Origin: a bacterium
GTDB taxonomy: Bacteria; UBP6; JAFGXH01
Assembly: GCA_027064085.1 (NCBI GenBank)
Contig: JAMOQH010000172.1
Location: 5,088-69,087 of the forward strand
Direction: 5' to 3'
Length of the DNA stretch: 64,000 nt
This document shows positions 10,296-19,035 of the stretch, one piece after another (positions within the stretch are counted from its first letter, which is position 1; the number at the start of each line of letters is the position of its first letter). A program made the position numbers and the translations under genes. The notes under the pieces are model-generated. The model was given only the letters and a program-made list of their open reading frames with translations. It did no database searches and was not told the origin of the DNA.

Positions 10296-10838
10296 ATGAC
10301 TAAAAAAGGAAAGGTAATTTCAAAACATAAATATACATTTTGGGAAAAAATCTATTATCCTGAAATCATGAAGGGGGTTGGAGTTTCTTTGAAACACTTC
10401 TTTGGGAATATTAGAAAAAGAAAATATATTCCAACTCTTCAATATCCAGAAGAAAAACAAGAATATCCTGAGATTTTTAGGGGTCGTCACAGATTAATGG
10501 AAAGAGAAGATGGTAGTCTTAGATGTGTTGCATGTATGATGTGTGCAACTGCTTGTCCTGCAGAATGTATCTATATTGAATCAGAAGAAACTGATGACAA
10601 AAATATAGAGAAAAAGGCTAAAGTTTTTGTTATTGATGAATTAAGATGTGTATTTTGTGGTTTATGTGTAGAAGCATGTCCAACAGATGCAATTAGAATG
10701 GATACTAAAGAACATGTTCCTCCAGAATATTCAAGAGAGGCATTCGTTTATGATATGGAAATGTTATTAAATAAAGCAGGAAAATCTATTGCCATTCAAG
10801 GCGGAGATCCAAACTATATATTAAATCCTAAAAAATAA
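10296..10838 (+). CDS. nuoI: NADH-quinone oxidoreductase subunit I (NuoI, 2x[4Fe-4S] ferredoxin-type)
   Basis: Two CxxCxxCxxxCP motifs (CVACMMCATACP; CVFCGLCVEACP); 180 aa. Confidence 0.9.
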   Translation: MTKKGKVISKHKYTFWEKIYYPEIMKGVGVSLKHFFGNIRKRKYIPTLQYPEEKQEYPEIFRGRHRLMEREDGSLRCVACMMCATACPAECIYIESEETDDKNIEKKAKVFVIDELRCVFCGLCVEACPTDAIRMDTKEHVPPEYSREAFVYDMEMLLNKAGKSIAIQGGDPNYILNPKK

Positions 10839-10889
10839 TTACCCAAAAATAAAATCTTATTGATAATTATTAAATTTACAGTATTTTAT

Positions 10890-10919
10890 TTGACAATATT
10901 ACTTATTAAGTGCTAGACT
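10890..10919 (+). promoter_or_regulatory. Candidate sigma70-type promoter for pilB (TTGACA-17/18-TAGACT)
   Basis: TTGACA at 10890-10895 and tagact at 10914-10919. It lies in the 112-bp gap after nuoI and about 32 nt upstream of the pilB ATG. Confidence 0.35.
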
Positions 10920-10950
10920 TTCGTGTTATTATTTTTAGGGAGCAAACTAA

Positions 10951-12657
10951 ATGGTAAAAGATCGTATGGGTGAAATACTTTTAAGAAGTAATAAAATTAC
11001 AATGCAACAATTTCAAAAAGCTAAAAGTGAAAGCAGTAAAACAGGAGAATCTGTTACGGCTGCATTAATAAAAATGGGTAGTGTTAATGAAGACGAAATG
11101 GTTAAATTTGTTGCTAAAAAATATGGAATGCAAGTTTTTCCTTTAGAAAATTTTGAAATAGATGAAGACTTAAGAGAAATTGGTGTTGAAGAAAAGTTTT
11201 GTAGAGAGAATCAATTAATACCAGTATCAAGATCTGGCCAAACTCTTATTGTTGCAATGGCAGATCCTTCAAATTTAAGTGCTAAAGATGCTTTGGGATA
11301 TATGACGAATGGCTTGAAAATAAGTCCAACTGTTGCAAGTGCAAGAGTTATAAATGAGGCAATTGATGGCTTTTATGGTCAACAAGATAGCTTAGGTTCA
11401 ATGTTTGATGATTTAAATATGGACGATATTGATTTTGATAGTGGTGAAGATGATGATGAAGAGTTTTCAATACAAGCTGGTAATGAGGCACCTGTTGTTA
11501 AACTTGTAAATAAAGTTTTAACGGATGCTATCGTAAAAGGAGCGTCTGATATCCATATTGAGCCTTATGAAAAATCATATAGAGTTAGATATAGAATTGA
11601 CGGAGTCTTACAAGAAGTTCTAAGGCCTCCTAAGAAATTAAAAAATGCCATTACTTCAAGAATAAAAATTATGGCCGCTCTTGATATTGCAGAAAGAAGA
11701 ATTCCACAAGATGGTCGTATTAAATTAAAACTACCAAATGGAAAAGATATGGATTACCGTGTATCGGTTCTTCCTACTTTATTTGGAGAGAAGATAGTTC
11801 TTCGTTTATTAGATAAAGAAAATCTTAGATTAGATATGACTAAACTTGGTTTTGAGCAATTTCAATTTGAAATGTTTCTTGATGCGATTAATAAACCTTT
11901 TGGAATGGTTCTTGTTACGGGGCCAACGGGTAGTGGAAAAACTAATACCTTATACTCTGCTTTAAGTTCATTAAATAAAGTTGATGTTAATATTAGTACT
12001 GCAGAAGACCCAGTTGAGTTTAACCTTGATGGTGTTAATCAGGTTAACATGAATGAAGATGTTGGTTTGACTTTTGCTGCATCATTAAGGTCTTTTCTTA
12101 GGCAAGATCCAGATATTATTCTTGTTGGTGAGATAAGAGATTTTGAAACAGGTGAAATTGCAATTAAAGCTGCTTTGACTGGTCATATGGTTTTATCTAC
12201 TTTGCATACAAATGATGCTCCATCAACAGTTACTCGTTTATTGAATATGGGTATTGAATCATTTCTTGTAACAGCATCTTTAAACTTAGTTGTAGCTCAA
12301 AGGCTTGCAAGGAGAATTTGTTCAAATTGTGCTGCACAAGACCCTGATGTAACCAAAGAGCAACTTATTGAAATGGGGCTTAGTCCTGAAATGGCAGATG
12401 TTAGAAAAGTAAAAAAAGGTAAAGGTTGTAGTAAGTGTAACAATACTGGATTTAAAGGAAGGGTAGGTATTTATGAAGTAATGCCTATGGTAGAAGTAAT
12501 TAAAGAGGCTATTCTAAATGGTGTTTCATCAACAGAGTTAAAGCAAATTGCTATTGAAGAGGCGGGATTTAAATCAATGAGAGCCTCTGCGTTAAATAAA
12601 TTACTTGAGGGTGTAACTAGTGTTTCTGAAGTATTAAGAGTTTCAGCAGCAGATTAA
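10951..12657 (+). CDS. pilB: Type IV pilus assembly ATPase PilB (GspE/PilB family)
   Basis: 568 aa with an N-terminal T2SSE_N-like domain, Walker A VTGPTGSGKT, a tetracysteine motif CSNC…CSKC, and Asp/His boxes. Confidence 0.85.
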   Translation: MVKDRMGEILLRSNKITMQQFQKAKSESSKTGESVTAALIKMGSVNEDEMVKFVAKKYGMQVFPLENFEIDEDLREIGVEEKFCRENQLIPVSRSGQTLIVAMADPSNLSAKDALGYMTNGLKISPTVASARVINEAIDGFYGQQDSLGSMFDDLNMDDIDFDSGEDDDEEFSIQAGNEAPVVKLVNKVLTDAIVKGASDIHIEPYEKSYRVRYRIDGVLQEVLRPPKKLKNAITSRIKIMAALDIAERRIPQDGRIKLKLPNGKDMDYRVSVLPTLFGEKIVLRLLDKENLRLDMTKLGFEQFQFEMFLDAINKPFGMVLVTGPTGSGKTNTLYSALSSLNKVDVNISTAEDPVEFNLDGVNQVNMNEDVGLTFAASLRSFLRQDPDIILVGEIRDFETGEIAIKAALTGHMVLSTLHTNDAPSTVTRLLNMGIESFLVTASLNLVVAQRLARRICSNCAAQDPDVTKEQLIEMGLSPEMADVRKVKKGKGCSKCNNTGFKGRVGIYEVMPMVEVIKEAILNGVSSTELKQIAIEEAGFKSMRASALNKLLEGVTSVSEVLRVSAAD

Positions 12658-12669
12658 TAAGGAGATATA

Positions 12670-13776
12670 ATGGCGGAAAGAACTAGTTTACAACAGTTAT
12701 TGAAAGTTATGGTTGAAAATGGAGCGAGTGATTTACACATTACTGTAAATTCACCACCCCAATATAGAATTAATGGCTCTCTTGTACCATTAAAGTTACC
12801 ACCTTTAACACATATTGAAACTCAAAGATTGGCTTATTCTATATTAAATGATGCTCAAAAACATAAATTTGAAGAAGAAAAAGAATTAGATTTATCTTTT
12901 ACGATTAAAGGATTAAGTAGATTTAGGGCAAATATATATAATCAAAGGGGAACGATTGCAGCTGCTTTTAGGTTAATTCCAACAACAATTAAATCATTTG
13001 AGGAGCTTGGACTTCCTGATATTCTTTCTGAGTTAGCTGCAAGGCCAAGAGGATTAGTTCTTGTTACTGGTCCTACAGGTAGTGGTAAATCAACTACTTT
13101 AGCCGCCATGATAGACAAAATAAATAGAGAAACTTCTTCACATATATTAACTCTTGAAGACCCAATAGAATTTGTTCATTCACATAAAATGTCAATTATA
13201 AATCAAAGAGAAATCGGTTCTGATACTTTTAGTTATGACAAAGCCTTAAAATATATTTTAAGGCAAGACCCTGATGTTGTTCTTATTGGTGAAATTAGAG
13301 ATAGAGAAACTATTGAAGCTGCATTGGAAATTTCAGAAACAGGTCACTTGTGTCTTGCTACCCTTCATACAAATTCTGCTGTTCAAACAATAACAAGAGT
13401 TGTTGATATGTTTCCTGCAGATAGGCATGACCAAATTCGTTCTCAGTTGTCATTTGTTCTTGAAGGAATAGTAACTCAGTTGTTAATGCCTAAGGAAGAT
13501 GGGAATGGTAGAATTGTTGCAACAGAAGTATTAATTCCAAATACTGGAATTAGGCATCAAATTAGAGAAAATAAAATGTCTCAAGTTTATAGTTCTATGC
13601 AGACAGGTCAAAATATTTCAGGAATGATAACTTTAAATCAAACTTTATATAATTTATATAAAAATAAACTTGTTAGCCTAGATGAAATATTAAATAAAAG
13701 TCCAGAGCCATTAGAATTAAAACAAATGTTGTCTAAGAAAATGGGAATTGCTTTTGATGAACTTAAGACAAATTAA
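12670..13776 (+). CDS. pilT: Type IV pilus retraction ATPase PilT/PilU family
   Basis: 368 aa with Walker A VTGPTGSGKST, and the GEIRD and ATLHTNSA motifs typical of PilT. AAGGAG RBS. Confidence 0.85.
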   Translation: MAERTSLQQLLKVMVENGASDLHITVNSPPQYRINGSLVPLKLPPLTHIETQRLAYSILNDAQKHKFEEEKELDLSFTIKGLSRFRANIYNQRGTIAAAFRLIPTTIKSFEELGLPDILSELAARPRGLVLVTGPTGSGKSTTLAAMIDKINRETSSHILTLEDPIEFVHSHKMSIINQREIGSDTFSYDKALKYILRQDPDVVLIGEIRDRETIEAALEISETGHLCLATLHTNSAVQTITRVVDMFPADRHDQIRSQLSFVLEGIVTQLLMPKEDGNGRIVATEVLIPNTGIRHQIRENKMSQVYSSMQTGQNISGMITLNQTLYNLYKNKLVSLDEILNKSPEPLELKQMLSKKMGIAFDELKTN

Positions 13777-15337
13777 TAATTTTTTTTCTCTTGAAAAATT
13801 AACAATTCAAACATTTTTAAGAATAATTTTTATAATTATAATCTTTATCTTTGATTTTATTTCAACAGAAACTAAAGATAATAATCTTATAGCTATAAAA
13901 ATTTCTTTTATATTGTTTACTATTACTGTATCTATTTTATTTGTATTACTTATTAGATATCATGAACGAAAAATCTTTTTATTATATTTACAAGTTTTTA
14001 TAGATTTGATTTTAACAACAGGAATAATATTTTTAATTCAAAAAACAAATTTTTTAATTACATTTTTATATCTATTAAGTATTACAAATGCCTCTATTGT
14101 TTTATTTAGGGCAGGGGCTTTTATTGCAGCAATATCTTCTACTATTTTGACTGTTACTGTTTATTACATAATGATGAGTTTAGAAATATTAACTATAGAT
14201 TATAGCTTTTTATTAAAAAATTCTATTTATAACATTATAACCTACTTTTCCTATGCAACAATTATTTCTATTTTAACAGAATCTTTAGCCAAAAAAGATG
14301 AATTAATATATAGAAGAGAAATAGAGTTAAATATTGAGAAGCAAATTAAAAATACTGTTATAGATAAAATGTATAGTGGTATTATTGTACTTGATAGAGA
14401 CTATAATGTTATTTTCATAAATGTTAAAGGATTAGAAGTTTTAAATATCTCTGAATATAAAGATTTAAAAATTAATGATTTGTTTAGTGATTTGATAAAT
14501 TTTGAAATAAATCAAAAACGAGAAATAAATTATAAGGATAGAATATTAGGAATAACAATAACTGATTTAATTGATGAAGAAAGCGATATAAAGGGAGTTT
14601 TGATTATTTTTAAAGATATCACTGAAGAGCTAAAATTAAAAGAAATAATCAGAAATCAAGAAAAGTTAGTTTATCTAGGTAAAATATCTGCTTCAATTGC
14701 TCATGAAATCAGAAATCCTCTTGCATCAATATCTGCATCTTTGCAAATAATTCCAAGATTTATAGATAAAAATCCTGATAAAATTAAAAAATTAACAAAT
14801 ATTGGTTTAAAAGAAATTAATAGATTGGACCTACTTATAGCTGATTTTTTAGATTATGCAAAAATTGATAAATTAAATATTGAAAAATTAGATTTACTAT
14901 TGGTCTTAAATGAAATAAGTGAGTTATATGAATTTAAAAATGGTGAAGATTTAATAATTAAGCTTAATGATTTAGAAGAGATTCTAATTAATGGAGATAA
15001 AAATAAATTAAAACAAGTTTTTATAAACTTAATCAAAAATGGGTTTGAAGCAATTGAAAATGAAAACAAGCAAATAATAATAGAATTATTAGAAAGTCGA
15101 AGTGAGTATATAATTATTATAAAAGATAATGGAGTTGGTATTGAAAAAGAAATAATAAAAAATATATTTGAACCATTTTTTACAACTAAAAAAACAGGTA
15201 CTGGTTTAGGCCTATCGTTGGTTAATAAATTTATTTCTTTACATCATGGTAGAATTAATATAAATTCTAAATTGGGTGAAGGCTCTGAGTTTATAATTAA
15301 TCTTCCCAAAATAAATATGGAGGAATATGATGAATAA
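13757..15337 (+). CDS. Polytopic sensor histidine kinase (PilS-like)
   Basis: N-terminal approximately 200 aa with about 6 TM helices, a PAS-like region, H-box SIAHEIRNPLASI, N-box, and G-boxes (GTGLGLSLV). The ORF-track start at 13748 is TTG and overlaps the pilT end; ATG at 13757 is used and the start is uncertain. It ends overlapping the response-regulator gene. Confidence 0.7.
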   Translation: MNLRQINNFFSLEKLTIQTFLRIIFIIIIFIFDFISTETKDNNLIAIKISFILFTITVSILFVLLIRYHERKIFLLYLQVFIDLILTTGIIFLIQKTNFLITFLYLLSITNASIVLFRAGAFIAAISSTILTVTVYYIMMSLEILTIDYSFLLKNSIYNIITYFSYATIISILTESLAKKDELIYRREIELNIEKQIKNTVIDKMYSGIIVLDRDYNVIFINVKGLEVLNISEYKDLKINDLFSDLINFEINQKREINYKDRILGITITDLIDEESDIKGVLIIFKDITEELKLKEIIRNQEKLVYLGKISASIAHEIRNPLASISASLQIIPRFIDKNPDKIKKLTNIGLKEINRLDLLIADFLDYAKIDKLNIEKLDLLLVLNEISELYEFKNGEDLIIKLNDLEEILINGDKNKLKQVFINLIKNGFEAIENENKQIIIELLESRSEYIIIIKDNGVGIEKEIIKNIFEPFFTTKKTGTGLGLSLVNKFISLHHGRININSKLGEGSEFIINLPKINMEEYDE

Positions 15338-16718
15338 GAATCTCTTGATTATTGATGATGAAGAATCAATTCTTGATACCTTTTCTATATTTTTTGAATC
15401 TTTTGACTATAATGTTTATACCGCAGACAGCTATGATAAAGCAATAAATATCATTAAAACCAATGAGTTACAAGTAATTATTACGGATTTAAGGCTGGGA
15501 AATAAAAAATCAGGATTAGATATATTATCTTTTACTAAAAAGTTTAATGATAGTATACAAGTTATTCTAATTACGGCTTATGCATCTAAAGAGACGGCTT
15601 ATGAAGCAACAAAACAAGGAATATACGATTATATCATTAAACCAGTTAATTTAGATACATTAAATATAATAACCGAGAGAGCTATAAGGAAAAATTTATT
15701 ATTAAATAATATAAAAGAAACTGAAATAGATGAGAGTAATGAGGTTGATTACATTATAGGTGTTTCTAATAAAATAAAAGAAATAATAAAAATGTCTAAA
15801 AAAGTAGCTAAATCTAATGTAAGTGTATTAATTACAGGAGAAAGTGGTACGGGAAAAGAATTAATAGCAAAGTTAATTCATGAATTTAGTGATAGAAGTG
15901 ATAAATCTTTTTTACCATTAAACTGTTCCGCATTGCCCGAAAACTTAATTGAATCAGAGTTATTTGGTTATGATAAAGGTGCTTTTACTGGTGCAAATAA
16001 AAATAAAGATGGAATATTTATTGCTGCAAATAATGGAACTGTATTTCTTGATGAGATAGGAGAGTTGCCATTACAAGTACAGCCTAAATTATTAAGAGTT
16101 TTACAGAATCAGTATGTAAAAAAAGTTGGCTCTAATTTTGAAACTAAAGTTAATGTTAGAATTATTTCTGCAACAAATAGAGAATTAAGAAAAGAGATAG
16201 ATGAGAACAAATTTAGAGCGGATTTGTTTTATAGGTTAAATGTAATTAATATTGCTCTTCCTCCACTTAGAGAAAGAAAAGAAGATATTATTCCTTTAAC
16301 TGATTTCTTCATAAAAAAATTTACAAATAAATTTGGAGTAAACATAAAGGGAATTACTACAGAATTAAGGAAATATTTACTTAATTATAATTGGCCTGGA
16401 AATATTAGAGAATTGGAAAATCTTATTGAAAAATTAATTACTCTTGAAACAAATGAGTATTTAACTACTAAGTATATAGGAAATGAGAATATTAATGATT
16501 TTGAAGATATTAAAAGTGATATAACTACACAAATAAATAATGATGAGATTATTTTTCCTATAGAGTTAGATAAAATTGTAGAAAACTTAGAGAAGAAATA
16601 TATAAAATTAGCATTAGAGGAAACTAATGGAAAAAAACAAGAGGCTGCAAAGTTATTAGGAATTACTTTTAGATCTTTTAGGTATAGAATTTCTAAATAT
16701 AATATAGAAAAGGAATAA
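15327..16718 (+). CDS. pilR: Sigma54-dependent response regulator (NtrC/PilR family: REC + AAA+ + Fis-type HTH)
   Basis: REC domain (LLIIDDEES…ITDLRLG), AAA+ domain (GESGTGKE, GAFTGA motif, ESELFGY), and a C-terminal HTH. It is coupled to the upstream kinase and sits next to pilB/pilT. Confidence 0.8.
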   Translation: MMNKNLLIIDDEESILDTFSIFFESFDYNVYTADSYDKAINIIKTNELQVIITDLRLGNKKSGLDILSFTKKFNDSIQVILITAYASKETAYEATKQGIYDYIIKPVNLDTLNIITERAIRKNLLLNNIKETEIDESNEVDYIIGVSNKIKEIIKMSKKVAKSNVSVLITGESGTGKELIAKLIHEFSDRSDKSFLPLNCSALPENLIESELFGYDKGAFTGANKNKDGIFIAANNGTVFLDEIGELPLQVQPKLLRVLQNQYVKKVGSNFETKVNVRIISATNRELRKEIDENKFRADLFYRLNVINIALPPLRERKEDIIPLTDFFIKKFTNKFGVNIKGITTELRKYLLNYNWPGNIRELENLIEKLITLETNEYLTTKYIGNENINDFEDIKSDITTQINNDEIIFPIELDKIVENLEKKYIKLALEETNGKKQEAAKLLGITFRSFRYRISKYNIEKE

Positions 16719-16721
16719 ATC

Positions 16722-17015
16722 ATGAAAATAGAAAAAGAAGCATTGTTTGCTAGTTCAGTTGGAATTGAAATTGCTCTTTCAATTGGATTAGGTATGTTTT
16801 TAGGTTGGTGGTTGGATAAAAAATTTGATACTGAGCCATGGCTTTTTATATTATTTTTGTTTGCAGGGCTTGGTTCTGCAATAAAGGCAGTTATTAGAAT
16901 TATGAAAATGGTTGATATGCAAGATGAAACTAAAGAAGAGCTAACTAAACTTACTGATAATTCATTTCAATTAAACAAAAGTGATTTTAAAGAAGATGAT
17001 AATATTCCTGATTAA
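16722..17015 (+). CDS. Small 2-TM membrane protein (AtpZ/AtpI-like?), unknown function
   Basis: 97 aa with two hydrophobic helices (VGIEIALSIGLGMFLGWWL; WLFILFLFAGLGSAI) and an acidic tail. It starts 4 nt after pilR. Confidence 0.4.
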   Translation: MKIEKEALFASSVGIEIALSIGLGMFLGWWLDKKFDTEPWLFILFLFAGLGSAIKAVIRIMKMVDMQDETKEELTKLTDNSFQLNKSDFKEDDNIPD

Positions 17016-17136
17016 GATAGATAGTTATTTATATTTTCTCCACCCATAAAATGGGCGAGTTAATTTTGATTTAAATAAGATTTATTAACTTAATATTATT
17101 TTAGAATACATAAAAGTTTATATATTTTTTAATATA

Positions 17137-17165
17137 TTGACAATTTGCAATAATTATTTTAAAAT
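17137..17165 (+). promoter_or_regulatory. Candidate sigma70 promoter TTGACA-17-TAAAAT upstream of the 7TM-HD gene
   Basis: TTGACA at 17137-17142, a 17-nt spacer, then TAAAAT at 17160-17165, about 12 nt before the ORF start. Confidence 0.4.
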
Positions 17166-17176
17166 AGTTTGGTATT

Positions 17177-18727
17177 TTGGGACCTTTAATTTTGGAATAT
17201 AAACAAAAAAAGGATATTAAATTTAATATAATCATATCAATTCTTTTTGGAATGATTATTTCTTTTATTAATATCTCAGACAATATTATATATAAACTAA
17301 CTGATTTTAAGGTGGGAGATGTTTCTCCAATAAATTTATTAACACCTCCATTTTCAGGCTTAAAATCTTCTTTTTCTGCAAAAGCAACCAGAAATGAATT
17401 GTTTTGGCTTAAAGAGGGAGAAATAATAACTAAACATCATATAGATTCGTTAAAAATATTTTTTAAAGAGCCTATTCTTGAGTTTGTTGTATATACTTTT
17501 CTTATATCAATAATACTAATTTTCTTTTTAAGTTTTGTAAATATGTTAACAAAAAATAAAAAATTAATATTATTGTTTATTATTTTATCGATTTCAGTTT
17601 TTACAAAATTTACAACAACATATTCATCTATATCAATATATAGCTTTCCGTTTATTGGAATGTTAGGTTTAATGATGGTTTTCTTTGAGAAAAATTTTGT
17701 TAGAGCTTTAAATATTACTTTAGCATTTATTATTTCTATCATTTATAGTTTTAATCCTATTATACTGTTTTCTTTTGTCGTTTCGGGAGGATTTTCATTA
17801 TTTTTATATAAAAAAGATGAAAAGGAACTTGATTATGTTTTTCCTTTCATTCTTGGTAGTTTTTTATTGGTTTTAATTGTATCAATTTTTGATTTCTTTT
17901 TTTATATACCTATTTACACAGATTTAATCAATATTTCTTGGAGTTTAATTGCTCTGCCTGTATTATATATAACAATACAATTATTAAAGGTTTATAGTCC
18001 TTTTTTTAAAAAATATGATATTTTAAACTATTTAGATTTAGAACATCCCCTTTTAAAAATAATTAGAGAAAAGGCTTCTGGTACATGGCAACATAGTTTA
18101 GCTATGGCTAACATGGCAGAAACTGTTGCAAATGAAATTGGTGCTAATGGAATGCTCTGTAGAGCTGGAGCATATTTTCATGATATTGGTAAAACAAAAC
18201 ATCCTGAATATTTTATTGAAAATCAAGATGGGGAAAATCCTCATAACGCACTGTCTCCAACAGAATCAGCAAGAATGATTAAATTACATGTTACTGATGG
18301 CATGAAAATGGCAGAAGAATATATGCTTCCGGAATATATCTCTCAATTTATTGATAAGCATCATGGGACAACTATTTTGGAGTATTTCTATGAAAAGGCT
18401 GCATCTGTAGAAGGTGATACTATTGATATTGAAGATTTTAGATATCCTGGAAGAAAACCAGACAGTAAAGAAACTGCAATTTTAATGATTGTTGATGCTG
18501 TTGAAGCTGCGTCAAGAACTTTAATTGAACCAACTCAACAGGATATTGAAACACTTATTACAAGGATAGTATTTAGTAAATTATTATTCAATCAATTAAA
18601 TCAATCAGGTTTAACACTTACAGAACTGAGAAAAATTATTGTAACTTTAATCAACACATTAAAAAGTAATTCACACACTAGAGTAAAATATCCTTGGCAA
18701 ACTAAAAATATAAAAAAGGAGAATTGA
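17177..18727 (+). CDS. 7TM receptor with intracellular HD phosphohydrolase domain (PgpH/7TMR-HD family)
   Basis: N-terminal TM, about 7 TM helices at residues approximately 100-290, and a C-terminal HD domain (HSLAMANMAETVA…YFHDIGKTKHPEYF…IDKHHGTT). The track start is TTG, so the true start is uncertain. The TGA overlaps the tatA ATG. Confidence 0.7.
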   Translation: MGPLILEYKQKKDIKFNIIISILFGMIISFINISDNIIYKLTDFKVGDVSPINLLTPPFSGLKSSFSAKATRNELFWLKEGEIITKHHIDSLKIFFKEPILEFVVYTFLISIILIFFLSFVNMLTKNKKLILLFIILSISVFTKFTTTYSSISIYSFPFIGMLGLMMVFFEKNFVRALNITLAFIISIIYSFNPIILFSFVVSGGFSLFLYKKDEKELDYVFPFILGSFLLVLIVSIFDFFFYIPIYTDLINISWSLIALPVLYITIQLLKVYSPFFKKYDILNYLDLEHPLLKIIREKASGTWQHSLAMANMAETVANEIGANGMLCRAGAYFHDIGKTKHPEYFIENQDGENPHNALSPTESARMIKLHVTDGMKMAEEYMLPEYISQFIDKHHGTTILEYFYEKAASVEGDTIDIEDFRYPGRKPDSKETAILMIVDAVEAASRTLIEPTQQDIETLITRIVFSKLLFNQLNQSGLTLTELRKIIVTLINTLKSNSHTRVKYPWQTKNIKKEN

Positions 18728-19026
18728 TGTTTGGTATTGGGGGTGGAGAATTAATAATTATATTACTTATTGCATTTATTTTTATTGGGCCAGATAAATT
18801 TCCTAGTTTAGCTAAATCCTTTGGTAAAGGCTTAAAGAGCTTTAAAGATACTAGTTCTGAAATAAAAAAGACAATATATGAGGAAATGAAAGATACTGAT
18901 CTAGACAAAATAAATGTTGTTACAGATTTACAAGATGAAATTAAAAAGGCGAAAGAAGGCTTAAATCCAATAAATAAAGATCTTAATAAAACAATAGAAG
19001 ATGTGTTTAATGATAAGAAATCTTAG
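18727..19026 (+). CDS. tatA: Twin-arginine translocase subunit TatA/E
   Basis: MFGIGGGELIIILLIAFIFIGPDKFP… is the canonical TatA N-terminal TM + hinge + amphipathic helix. AAAAGGAGAA RBS. The ATG at 18727 overlaps the upstream stop (TGATG). Confidence 0.85.
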   Translation: MFGIGGGELIIILLIAFIFIGPDKFPSLAKSFGKGLKSFKDTSSEIKKTIYEEMKDTDLDKINVVTDLQDEIKKAKEGLNPINKDLNKTIEDVFNDKKS

Positions 19027-19035
19027 AGGTAAAAT

